Source: an uncultured Desulfatitalea sp. (lineage in GTDB: Bacteria; Desulfobacterota; Desulfobacteria; Desulfobacterales; Desulfosarcinaceae). Taken from it: 64,000 nt of DNA. Positions within the stretch are counted from its first letter, which is position 1. Every line of letters begins with the position of its first letter. The notes under the pieces were generated by a model, which saw nothing but the letters and a program-made list of their open reading frames with translations, ran no database searches and was not told the DNA's origin. The DNA lies in NCBI GenBank assembly GCA_963668675.2, contig CAXXMB010000002.1, forward strand, positions 2,560,001-2,624,000, written 5' to 3'. Below are positions 51,037-60,804 of this stretch, in pieces. The translations under genes and the position numbers were made by a program.

Positions 51037-53481
51037 ATGGTGAATATCACTCGGTTTTTCAAAAACGAAGATAATGGAAGCACCGGACAGGTGCTGCCCC
51101 TGCTGCCGCTGCGTGACATCGTCATCTTTCCGCAGATGGTCGCCCCCCTGTTCGTGGGGCGCCCCAAATCGGTTGCGGCACTCTCAGACGCCATGAATGC
51201 GGCGGACAAGTACATCTTTCTCTCCACCCAGCGCAGCGTCAATGTGGACAACCCCGGCGAAAAGGACATCAGCCGCGTTGGGGTCATCGGTACAGTGCTT
51301 CAACTGTTGCGGCTGCCCGATGGCACCGTCAAAGCCCTTGTGGAGGGCAAACAGAGGGCGCAGGTGCGCCGCTTTATCAAAGCCGATGAGTTTTTTCAGG
51401 TGGAGTTGGAGGCCATCCCCGATGTGGTCGCCTCCGAACCCGAAGCCGAAGCCCTTGCCCGGAAGGTCAAGGCGAGCTTCGAAGCCTATGCCAAGGTCAA
51501 CAAAAACATCGCCAAAGATCTGATTGCCAAAGTCTCCGCCATTGATGACCACGCCAAGCTGGCCGACGTCGTAGCATCCCATTTTTCATTTAAAATCGAA
51601 GATAAACAGCGTCTTCTGGAGACAACGCCGGTGGAACGGCGCCTCGATCTGCTCGTCGAACTGATCAGTCTGGAGATCGAAGTGTTCCGGATGGATCAGC
51701 GCATCAAGGGACGTATCAAAGAGCAGATGGAGAAGACCCAGAAAAACTACTATCTCAACGAGCAGATGCGCGCCATCCGCAAGGAGATGGGTGCCGAGGA
51801 CGAGGCCGCCGACGAGCTGCAGGAGCTGGAAAAGCGCATCAAGCGCAAGCGTATGCCGCGTGAAGCCGCCGGTAAGACGCGGCAGGAGTTTAAAAAGCTT
51901 AAGCTGATGACCCCCATGTCAGCCGAGGCTACTGTGGTGCGCAACTACATCGAGTGGATCATCAGCCTGCCCTGGTTCGAGCGCAGCCGCACCCACATCG
52001 ATATCAACGACGCCGAACGTATCCTCAATGAGGATCATTATGGATTGGAAAAGCCCAAGGAGCGCATCCTCGAATACCTGGCCGTGCAGTCTCTGGTCAA
52101 AAAGATCCGTGGCCCCATCCTTTGCCTGGTCGGCCCTCCCGGCGTCGGTAAAACCTCCCTGGCCCGTTCGGTGGCCCGCGCCACCGGCCGGCGATTCGTA
52201 CGTCTGTCGTTGGGTGGGGTGCGCGACGAGGCCGAGATCCGAGGACATCGTCGCACTTACATCGGCGCCCTGCCCGGCAAAATCATCCAATCGCTCAAAA
52301 AGGCGGGAGCCAACAACCCGGTCTTCTGCCTCGACGAAGTGGACAAGATGAGCATGGATTTTCGCGGAGACCCAAGCGCTGCGCTGTTGGAGGTGCTCGA
52401 TCCCGAACAGAACTACGCCTTCAACGACCACTACCTCGATATCGATTACGATCTATCCGAAATCCTATTCATTACCACTGCCAACACCCTTCCGGACATC
52501 CCCCTGCCACTGCAGGACCGCATGGAGATCATCCGCCTGCCCGGCTATACCGAGCACGAAAAATACAACATCGCCAAAGAGTTCCTGGTGCCCAAGCAGA
52601 TCAAACTCAACGGGCTGACGCCCGAACAGATCTCCATCAGCGAAGGGGCCGTCTACATGGTGATCAATCGTTACACCCGTGAAGCCGGCGTGCGCAACCT
52701 GGAACGTGAAATAGCCGGCATCTGCCGGAAAGTGGCCCGTCACGTGGTCAAGACCCAGAGCGACAAGATGGTGCGCGTCACCGAACAGAGTGTGGCCAAG
52801 TACCTTGGTCCACCAAAGTTTAAAAAGACAGAGATCGAAGAAGAGGATCAGGTCGGCATGGCCACCGGCATGGCCTGGACCCAGGTGGGCGGTGAGTTGC
52901 TCTTTGTCGAAACCCTCACCATGCCCGGCCGCGGAAACGTGACGGTTACCGGAAAGCTGGGCGACGTGATGAAAGAGTCGGCCCAGGCCGCCATCAGCTT
53001 CGTGCGCTCGCGGGCCGACCTGCTCAACATCGATAACAAGTTCCACCGCAAACTTGACCTGCACATCCACATTCCCGAAGGCGCCATTCCCAAGGACGGC
53101 CCATCGGCCGGCATCGCCATGTGCACCTCGGTCATCTCGGCCCTCACCAAGCGGCCCGCCCGCCGCGAGGTCTCCATGACCGGCGAGATTACCCTGCGCG
53201 GGCGCGTGCTGCCCATCGGCGGGCTCAAGGAGAAGATCATTGCAGCCCACCGCGGCGGCATCAAGAAGATCATCATTCCCAAAGAGAACGAGAAAGATAT
53301 TCGGGACATCCCGGCCATGATCGTCAAGCAGGTGGAGATCGTCAGCGTCGAGCACATGGACGAAGTACTGCCCCACGCCCTGGTCCTGGCCGAAGGCGAA
53401 AGCCTCTTCGCCAACCAGGACGTCCATTTCGATATGGGCACAGTGGAAAACCCCTCCGACAAACACGCGCCGATCAATTAG
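51037..53481 (+). CDS. lon: Lon protease
   Basis: LPLRD, GPPGVGKT, PKDGPSAG and GGLKEK. Confidence 0.98.
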   Translation: MVNITRFFKNEDNGSTGQVLPLLPLRDIVIFPQMVAPLFVGRPKSVAALSDAMNAADKYIFLSTQRSVNVDNPGEKDISRVGVIGTVLQLLRLPDGTVKALVEGKQRAQVRRFIKADEFFQVELEAIPDVVASEPEAEALARKVKASFEAYAKVNKNIAKDLIAKVSAIDDHAKLADVVASHFSFKIEDKQRLLETTPVERRLDLLVELISLEIEVFRMDQRIKGRIKEQMEKTQKNYYLNEQMRAIRKEMGAEDEAADELQELEKRIKRKRMPREAAGKTRQEFKKLKLMTPMSAEATVVRNYIEWIISLPWFERSRTHIDINDAERILNEDHYGLEKPKERILEYLAVQSLVKKIRGPILCLVGPPGVGKTSLARSVARATGRRFVRLSLGGVRDEAEIRGHRRTYIGALPGKIIQSLKKAGANNPVFCLDEVDKMSMDFRGDPSAALLEVLDPEQNYAFNDHYLDIDYDLSEILFITTANTLPDIPLPLQDRMEIIRLPGYTEHEKYNIAKEFLVPKQIKLNGLTPEQISISEGAVYMVINRYTREAGVRNLEREIAGICRKVARHVVKTQSDKMVRVTEQSVAKYLGPPKFKKTEIEEEDQVGMATGMAWTQVGGELLFVETLTMPGRGNVTVTGKLGDVMKESAQAAISFVRSRADLLNIDNKFHRKLDLHIHIPEGAIPKDGPSAGIAMCTSVISALTKRPARREVSMTGEITLRGRVLPIGGLKEKIIAAHRGGIKKIIIPKENEKDIRDIPAMIVKQVEIVSVEHMDEVLPHALVLAEGESLFANQDVHFDMGTVENPSDKHAPIN

Positions 53482-53504
53482 AAAAGACACCACCACAAAG
53501 AGTG

Positions 53505-53535
53505 AAAGGGCGGGGTTCAACCCGCCCTCTTTTTT
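53505..53535 (+). terminator. Intrinsic terminator after lon
   Basis: AGGGCGGG/CCCGCCCT stem followed by a T tract. Confidence 0.8.
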
Positions 53536-53699
53536 GGGCTGCATGATGAAGAAAGAGCATCATTGACATCCGCTCCGCTTTCTGCTTCTGACACATTCGG
53601 CGTTCAGATCGGCAAACGCTCGTCCCTTCCTTCGTTCGGCTGTAAAACTGTTACCCATGATAGTTATTTTTAAGAAGGGCTATGGTTCACAAAGATCGA

Positions 53700-55667
53700 T
53701 CAAGGTGACACGTTAAGGGCATGTTCCCCAGGCGTGTCCGGCAAAGGTGGGGCGCAGGGCAGAAAGACATGCACGGTCGTGCCGAGCCCCTCCTCTGAAT
53801 CCACATAGATGTATCCTTCGTGGTTTTTGATGATGCCGTAGGAGGCGGCCATACCCATCCCGCGTCCCAGGAATTTGGTGGTGAAAAAAGGGTCGAAAAT
53901 CTTCGCACATGCATCCGGGGACATACCTATGCCATTGTCGGTAACGCACAAACCCGCATATTCACCGATCGGCAAGCCGTGGAAGACTTCCGCCGCAGTA
54001 TCATCGATACAGGCACGATAGGTCTCAATGTGAATAATGCCGTTCTCCTTTATGGCTTCGGCCGCGTTGCCGATCACCTCCCTGAGCACCATGCTCAGTT
54101 GCACGGAATCTCCCTCGATATCAGGGGACTCTTTGGCGAACTTGGTTTCGATCACGATTTTTTTATCGCCGGTGTCACCTATGAGATGGGCGGCATCGCG
54201 CGCTAACTTTTGCAAGGTGTTCCGGCTGGCCTGATATCGGCCGCCGCGTGCATAGGCCAGCAGCTGCTGGGTCAGACCGGCCATGAATTCCACAGATTTA
54301 AGCATGGAGCCACAGTAGCGACTCACCTGGGGATTGTCGGGAAAGCAAAACTGCAACAGATCCACGTTTCCGGTGATCGCCGAAAGCTTGTTGTTGAATT
54401 GATGGGCAATGCCGCTGGCAAGGGCGCCGATGGCTTCCATTTTCTGGATCTGGCCGACGGCGGCCTCGATCTTTTTGCGCCCCGTGATATCCCGCAGAAA
54501 GTTGAGCGTGGCCGGTTGTCCCTCCCACTGGGTCAGTACGGAATTGATCTCCACCCAAAGGTTGGTGCCCTGGGCAGTAATGATTTTGAACGAATAGGAA
54601 CTGGGGGCCGGTTCACCAGCCAGCCGTTGCCGGTAGCGACCGGAGACCAGTTCGACATCGTCCGGGTGAACCAGGTCGAAAAGGGGTGATTCAAGCAGTT
54701 CGTCGCGTGTAAATCCGCTTAGCGTTGACAGAGCGTCATTGGGGAAAAGGATGCGGCCGTCCTTGGCAATAAATATGGCTTCACTGGCATTTTCAAAAAG
54801 CACGCGATACTGTTTTTCCGACTCGCGCAGGGCTGTTTCGATTTTGATGCGTTCATCGATCTCCTTCCTGAGTCGCCGGTTGACCACAACCAGCTCTTCG
54901 GTGCGCTCGTGCACCAAATCCTCCAGACGAAGGCGGTGGCGTTCCAGCTCCGAACGGGCATTCTCATGGGCGATGATCATGGCCATCCTGCTGGCCACAG
55001 TATCGGTCAGATTCCTGGCATTTTCCAAATATTTGTCATCCTCGTCGACAGCTTCGGACAAAACGATTTCCAGCCGCCCCGAAGTACTGCCGTCTTCGGA
55101 GAGAATATCCCTGTTTATCTTGATGCCTTTATCTTCTCCTTCCCGGTCTCCAAACTGATGGCCCTGGTAAAAAAGGCGGACCTTTGTGCCGGTTCCGAAA
55201 CCGATCTCTTGGAGTATGCTGGTGGTCCTTCTGAAAATCTCGTCCAGGGATAGGGTCTCTCGCTCACGCAGCCGGTTGATGGCGGCAAGGCAGCTCAGGG
55301 CGCGCACCCGATTCTGCAGATCCGCGGCCTGGCCGGCCAAGGCGGACTGAGTGGAAAATATTCTATTTCTCAAAAATACGACTACGTATGAGACCAAGAA
55401 GAACATGCAGACGCGGAAAAAGTTATCGAGGCCGGAGGAGGGGATATTGCCTATCCAGTGGCAACCGATTAGCAGGAGACTGAGGATCAAGGCCGCTACA
55501 ATTCCGGTGCTCCCCCACCACAACGAGCTGAGAATAATAGGGATATAAAATAGGTGCGTAAAAACGGTGGCCCGTTCCAACACCAAGTGGAAATAGATCG
55601 TCAGCATGGCGGCGGCAATCAGCATGATTGCCATGGCCAAGATCTTTGTCCGATCGCTCACGTTCAT
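53700..55667 (-). CDS. Membrane PAS-domain sensor histidine kinase
   Basis: N-terminal TM helices, PAS, H-box GIAHQFNN, NAAEA, DNGIG and FFTTK..GRGMG. Confidence 0.9.
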   Translation of the reverse strand: MNVSDRTKILAMAIMLIAAAMLTIYFHLVLERATVFTHLFYIPIILSSLWWGSTGIVAALILSLLLIGCHWIGNIPSSGLDNFFRVCMFFLVSYVVVFLRNRIFSTQSALAGQAADLQNRVRALSCLAAINRLRERETLSLDEIFRRTTSILQEIGFGTGTKVRLFYQGHQFGDREGEDKGIKINRDILSEDGSTSGRLEIVLSEAVDEDDKYLENARNLTDTVASRMAMIIAHENARSELERHRLRLEDLVHERTEELVVVNRRLRKEIDERIKIETALRESEKQYRVLFENASEAIFIAKDGRILFPNDALSTLSGFTRDELLESPLFDLVHPDDVELVSGRYRQRLAGEPAPSSYSFKIITAQGTNLWVEINSVLTQWEGQPATLNFLRDITGRKKIEAAVGQIQKMEAIGALASGIAHQFNNKLSAITGNVDLLQFCFPDNPQVSRYCGSMLKSVEFMAGLTQQLLAYARGGRYQASRNTLQKLARDAAHLIGDTGDKKIVIETKFAKESPDIEGDSVQLSMVLREVIGNAAEAIKENGIIHIETYRACIDDTAAEVFHGLPIGEYAGLCVTDNGIGMSPDACAKIFDPFFTTKFLGRGMGMAASYGIIKNHEGYIYVDSEEGLGTTVHVFLPCAPPLPDTPGEHALNVSP

Positions 55668-56174
55668 CGACGCCCCCTTCTGCTATTGGCAGGACAGCGA
55701 CCTGTCATAGACGAATACAAACCCTCTGCCGTTTATTGCGCCTTGAGGAAAGGGTCGGCTTTCAAGATTCTATTTAATTGATTTATTTGAGCGACACAAG
55801 AGGAGCTGATGCAGATAAAGAAAGCTTCTGCGGTGGGATCTGTCGAACTTCGGACGAGTTGTCGAACATGGAGCAGGAGAAGGCACCCGGATTTGGACTA
55901 TCCGTTCAGGCACGCTATCGGAGTAATCCATACAGTTCGCCGGACCTGTTTTTAGTATTAACCTGTTATGTGTGAGATGTTCTTGGTAGATTGTGCGCCC
56001 GTTGCCGTCAGTGACAATAGCAGCAAAAGGATCACACAGCAAAGAAGGGTACCGCCCAAAATGATCAAGCAGTTAAAATATGAGCAGGCACTTCATTGGT
56101 GTATATAGGACGGGTGTACATCGGAAGTAGAATTCACATCCGCCTTTCTATTGACGGATGTGAATTCTCTATTT

Positions 56175-57290
56175 TTATCCCTTAAAATTCTTCGACAGAT
56201 TCGCAAAGGCTTCTTCCGCTTCTTTCACGATTCTCTGTACCAATTCATCAACTGTTGGCATATCATTGATCCGCTGGGCAACCTCACCGCCGGCCATCAT
56301 GGCCTTTTCCTTGTCACCCTCGTATACCGCCTTGATTGACTCGTTCTCGAATTCAATAAGCGACATATCTTCCATGCTTTGGTAACTATCAGGCGTGCCG
56401 AGGTACACACCAGGTGATTTCTTAAGGGTGTTTACTGCATGCTCTTCACTTCGGGGGGTTCTCAACCACCGGGCCGGGCCTACATAACCACGTGCGACCA
56501 GAGTTCCACGATCTTGTGCGTCCACAACGGCTTGCTTCCAGAGCTGCGGGAAATCGCTTTCCTGTGTTGCGAGGAAGCGGGTTCCAATCAACGCTCCGTC
56601 ACAGCCCAAAGCCAGGGTGGCTGCCAAGCTCTTCCCGTCACCGACTCCTCCACCACCGACCACAAGCGTATTTTCATCAGAGACGGCTTCGGCCACGGCG
56701 GGAAAAAGCACCATAGAGTGAAGCGGTTCCCAGTGTGTATGAAAGCCGCCTTCATGACCTGAAGCGACGATTACATCAACCCCAGCCTTTTTACAGCGAT
56801 GAGCTGCTCTAACGGAGGGGATGATATGAACCCAGGTAAATCCGGCCTTTTTGATCATGTCGCCCCAGCCCATTGGGTCACCGGCTGACGTGTACATCAC
56901 CTTAAGGGTGTTTTTCATTTCGGGATTTTCTTCCCGTACCCTGATGGCCGTTTCGATCATAATTTTTGAGTACTCTTTAAGCTCCGCCGATACCATCACA
57001 TTGGGACCGAAAACGCCGCCCTTGTCTTTCACCAAGCGGTGGGTTCGCTTCAGGACCGATGCCAGCACTGTGCCCATATCGTCATCGCGGTTCGCCTCCC
57101 CGGTGTCGCAAAAGGCGTTATAGATCCAAGGCTGGTCATTTTTGTTGAAGAGACCGCTGGTGGAAAGAAGCCCGAGCACGCCCGCGTTGGCAGCGGCCAC
57201 ACACAGATTGTTGTTGCTGAAAGGGCCCATGCCCGCCTGGATGATAGGATACTTGATGCCGATTAGCTCACATAGCCTAGATTTGATCAT
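56175..57290 (-). CDS. Nitronate monooxygenase / FabK-like flavoprotein
   Basis: YPIIQAGMG, GHEGGFH, GGGVGDG, GTRFLATQES and GEVAQRI. Confidence 0.85.
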   Translation of the reverse strand: MIKSRLCELIGIKYPIIQAGMGPFSNNNLCVAAANAGVLGLLSTSGLFNKNDQPWIYNAFCDTGEANRDDDMGTVLASVLKRTHRLVKDKGGVFGPNVMVSAELKEYSKIMIETAIRVREENPEMKNTLKVMYTSAGDPMGWGDMIKKAGFTWVHIIPSVRAAHRCKKAGVDVIVASGHEGGFHTHWEPLHSMVLFPAVAEAVSDENTLVVGGGGVGDGKSLAATLALGCDGALIGTRFLATQESDFPQLWKQAVVDAQDRGTLVARGYVGPARWLRTPRSEEHAVNTLKKSPGVYLGTPDSYQSMEDMSLIEFENESIKAVYEGDKEKAMMAGGEVAQRINDMPTVDELVQRIVKEAEEAFANLSKNFKG

Positions 57291-57598
57291 GACTGTCGCC
57301 TCATTATGGGTAAAATGTTAATCCATGGTTATTAAACGTAGAAAATTCTTAGCAGGAGGGTGCAAAGCTTGTCAACGAAAAATAGCGAACGCTTGTTATA
57401 TTTTGAACTAAAACGAGTTAAAGAACACCGGTATAATATAGAATGAATTCGGAATGAGGATCATACGAATGAGGGTCCAACATTGAATTGTGAATATGAA
57501 ATTTGGGTCTGTGCCAGAGCGATCCGATAAAGGTGTAACGCAACACTCATACAGCTAACTCACAATTCAATGTTGGACCCATTGGCACAGCTATGCAG

Positions 57599-58510
57599 CT
57601 ATGCGAAAAAGAAACGACCGATGAAAAGGCCGGCAGCCAACAAGACTGGAGTAGTAAGTGTGATGATCACATTCCGGCTCATGTACGGCAGTAGGGCCTC
57701 AGGTTCCGATTCGCAATGCCTGGCCACGCCTACGGCTGTCTTTACCGCCAGCGGTGCAGTTATAAGAGCGGCCATCGCTGTTGCGGGAAACCAGCCCATC
57801 AGCCATGCACCCGCCACCGAAAGATAGGTGCCTGCCAGGAAAATCCCATAAACGGCGGCACCAGTGCGTCTACCGTATGCGATCATCAGATGGCGCCGCC
57901 CGACCTGCGCATCCGGTTCGATATCCGGAAACTGGTTGATCAGCAGCAGATTGCTCACCAGGAAGAACGGGGTCAACGACGCGGCCAAAGCTGTTGGGCC
58001 GCAGGTTCCGGTCAAAACGAAATCAACACCCATGACCATGCAAGGGCCGAATCCAATGCCTGGAGCGAGAAGACACAACAACGGATCCCGCGTAAGCCAA
58101 CGGGTGTAGAGAAAAATGGCCAAGACGCCGGGTATGCCGATCCACAGCAGCCCGTAACCCCGAAGCCAGACAAAGTAGAGCCCGACGAGGACGGTCAAAC
58201 CAAGTGTGACCACTCCCATCGCCAACACCCAGACGGCCTTTTCCGGATTTGCCGGTAGCGTGCCGCTCCCTCCGGAAAACGGCGTGCGCATCGTCCGGAA
58301 ATCGAGGCGCGACTTGAAATCCTCGTATTCATTGATGGCATTGACGCTGATATGAGCGCAGATCCCACCGGCAAGGGCGATCAGAAACCACTTCAGGCGA
58401 AAAGCGCCTGCGCTATAAAATGCGGTCCCGGCCCCTAAAACCACGCAGGCCGGTGTCAACAGTAGAAATGGGACCCGCATGGGCCCGAAAAGGAAGGATA
58501 GGTGCTTCAT
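57599..58510 (-). CDS. UbiA/MenA-family prenyltransferase
   Basis: NEYEDFKS.LD, GGSG and NQFPDIE.D...GR; multiple TM helices. Confidence 0.85.
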   Translation of the reverse strand: MKHLSFLFGPMRVPFLLLTPACVVLGAGTAFYSAGAFRLKWFLIALAGGICAHISVNAINEYEDFKSRLDFRTMRTPFSGGSGTLPANPEKAVWVLAMGVVTLGLTVLVGLYFVWLRGYGLLWIGIPGVLAIFLYTRWLTRDPLLCLLAPGIGFGPCMVMGVDFVLTGTCGPTALAASLTPFFLVSNLLLINQFPDIEPDAQVGRRHLMIAYGRRTGAAVYGIFLAGTYLSVAGAWLMGWFPATAMAALITAPLAVKTAVGVARHCESEPEALLPYMSRNVIITLTTPVLLAAGLFIGRFFFA

Positions 58511-59187
58511 TGTTTTCCTGTTTCTTGTGACAGCGCTTTTTTAATGGCTGCCGCCAGGGCGGCCCGATGCAGATCGGCAGCCAGGTGGACCGGGCTCTTG
58601 CCACCAATTGGATCCCAGTTCGACGGGTCGGCCGTACAAAAAAATTGGGTCTCCAGGCCGATGCGTGCCAACGCTTCATCGACGTTACTTCCCTTAAGGT
58701 GTTGAGCGGCCTCCCAGGTCGCACCACAGGGTGCGCCGCGCCGCACATGTATCGCTACGATTTTGCCTTCTTTTACCGTTGCATCGAACTCCGGTGTGCC
58801 GAAGCAGAGGGAATAGCGACCAAGGTCTGCGTGGTGAGCCAATGCGCAACAGACCGGCGGAGTATGCGTGTTGGACACGGTCGTTTTTTTGCCGGAAGCC
58901 ACAATGGGGATTCCCAACCGCCGACACAGCCGGGACAAATCGTGGGAAAGGTCCGGATGCTTTAAATAGTCAAGCACCAGATCAGCCTCGATGGTATCCG
59001 GCAGGTATTCCGATGTGTCATCTATCACCAACTCCATGGAACGATCTATATTGATCAGGGTGATATCGAATTGATCCCGCCCATAGCGCCGGATCCCTTT
59101 CACTTTACTTTCACCGAGGTTTTCCTGTTGGAAAACCATGATTTTAAATGGCCTGTCAATACGATCGGTGCCCTTTTTGCCTTTCAT
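58507..59187 (-). CDS. DUF166-like protein
   Basis: HPDLS, FGTPEF, RGAPCGATW and CTA; ATGA overlap with the prenyltransferase. Confidence 0.7.
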   Translation of the reverse strand: MKGKKGTDRIDRPFKIMVFQQENLGESKVKGIRRYGRDQFDITLINIDRSMELVIDDTSEYLPDTIEADLVLDYLKHPDLSHDLSRLCRRLGIPIVASGKKTTVSNTHTPPVCCALAHHADLGRYSLCFGTPEFDATVKEGKIVAIHVRRGAPCGATWEAAQHLKGSNVDEALARIGLETQFFCTADPSNWDPIGGKSPVHLAADLHRAALAAAIKKALSQETGKQ

Positions 59188-59631
59188 CAACGCACGCCCT
59201 TTTACCGTGAGAGATGATAATCTGATCGAGACGATCTGCTCCGTAAGCGCATTTTGGTTACTCCAGAGGGCGAACCTTAACGCAAAGTCCGCAGTCAACA
59301 CAAGTGGTCGTCTTCGCAAACAGTTGTTCATCACGAAAAGGCAATCACCGGAAATGCACCGTTCGGTGCACTCCCCGAGACAAATGGCGACGACAGACGA
59401 TGGGGGCCAACGATGGGGTCAATCCTTGATGTGTGAATAAGATACCATAGTCTTGATATAGCGATGCGATAAAGGGTTACTGCTCATACTATATAGTCAA
59501 TTCACAATTCAAGGTTTGACCCTCCTTACAGTCTACTGATAAAGGATTAATGCGTAAAAACGTTGACTTGGATTTCCGTCTGCCGATTGAAAATGTCAAG
59601 CTGCCCAACCTGACCAGGAGTGGAAACTACC

Positions 59632-60804
59632 ATGAACTTGTCCTCCCTTCCGTACGTTGTCCATCACAGCAAGCCCCGGTTCGAAAAGCAGTTTTTTTTC
59701 CTTATAAAAGAACCCCTGACCGTTCTCCTTTTGGTGCTCTGTCTGCTGGGCGGCGGATGGCCGGCTTGGGCCGGTCCGGCTGAAAAAGCAATGCCGGCAT
59801 CCACCGGCACCTACCCCGGTTTCAAACCGTCGGCCAGGAAGGCGGCGCAGCTGGCCCCACTGATGGTGTCCGCCTCACGTTTCAAGTCGCTGGCGCGCAC
59901 CGATTTTGAAAAGGCGCTGCTGGTGTATACCCGGGAAGACGGCCGGAAAAAATTGTGGGCCCTGGATCGGGAGCTGTGGGACATCGAACTGTCCCAATGG
60001 GCCTGGACGCAGTTTTTCGGCGCCGCGGTTCCGGTGATAGGCGGCCGGCAGGGCCGATATGACCTGGTGGGCTACTACAACCCTTACAGCGATGTGTTTC
60101 TCATCACCGTTTGGCAGCAGGGCCGCACCTTCCATCAGATCGTGGATGCCCAAATGCTCATGGGCGACTGGGTGCGCGCGGACACAGATGAACTGGACCT
60201 GATCCCACTGTGGCGCCGAAAACCGATTCACCGGCCGGCGGCTCTGGGCCTGGCCACGGCCCGGTCCTTGCTGGCCTTTGAAAAGGCCTTTGCATCGGCC
60301 GACCGGGACAACTGGCGCAGCCGGCTCCCCATCCTGAAAGACGAAGCGGCGCTCAAGCAACTGAATGATCCGTTTATGGCCCTGATGCTCAATGGGCAAC
60401 TGATCAATGTGGGAGAGATCCTCGCTCCGGATCCCGACGCCAAGACCCTGCAGACCTGCCGCGATATCACCGCCGAGGTGGTCAAGCGGGCGGTCGACGG
60501 AAAGCTCGAGCCGATGCTTTTTCTCATGGCGGACACCCTGCCCGGCACGGCCAGGGATCTGAAAGCCATCCCCCCCGAATGGTTCGCCGGACTGAAGACC
60601 ACCGGCGTTCTTACCGCCTCGCAAGGGGTGCTGGTGTTCCTTTCGCCGACGGAACAGACCACCGCCAGCCTCTGCCTCTATTTCAGCACGCAGGGCAAAA
60701 GGGTGGACATCCGGCGCATCGATCTTGTGGACTACCGCAAGTTCTACAGCGAACTCAAAGCCGATCCATCCGGGGCTTCAGGGAAAGGAGGCCGCCATGA
60801 ATAA
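59632..60804 (+). CDS. Exported hypothetical protein
   Basis: Long ORF with a hydrophobic signal ending AWA; overlaps the next gene. Confidence 0.7.
   Translation: MNLSSLPYVVHHSKPRFEKQFFFLIKEPLTVLLLVLCLLGGGWPAWAGPAEKAMPASTGTYPGFKPSARKAAQLAPLMVSASRFKSLARTDFEKALLVYTREDGRKKLWALDRELWDIELSQWAWTQFFGAAVPVIGGRQGRYDLVGYYNPYSDVFLITVWQQGRTFHQIVDAQMLMGDWVRADTDELDLIPLWRRKPIHRPAALGLATARSLLAFEKAFASADRDNWRSRLPILKDEAALKQLNDPFMALMLNGQLINVGEILAPDPDAKTLQTCRDITAEVVKRAVDGKLEPMLFLMADTLPGTARDLKAIPPEWFAGLKTTGVLTASQGVLVFLSPTEQTTASLCLYFSTQGKRVDIRRIDLVDYRKFYSELKADPSGASGKGGRHE

Noticed and set aside
47465..53544. Long antisense ORFs over tig, clpX and lon (similar ones occur over pstB and 62252-63538)
   Set aside because: Shadow frames expected from GC-rich codon usage opposite well-supported genes.
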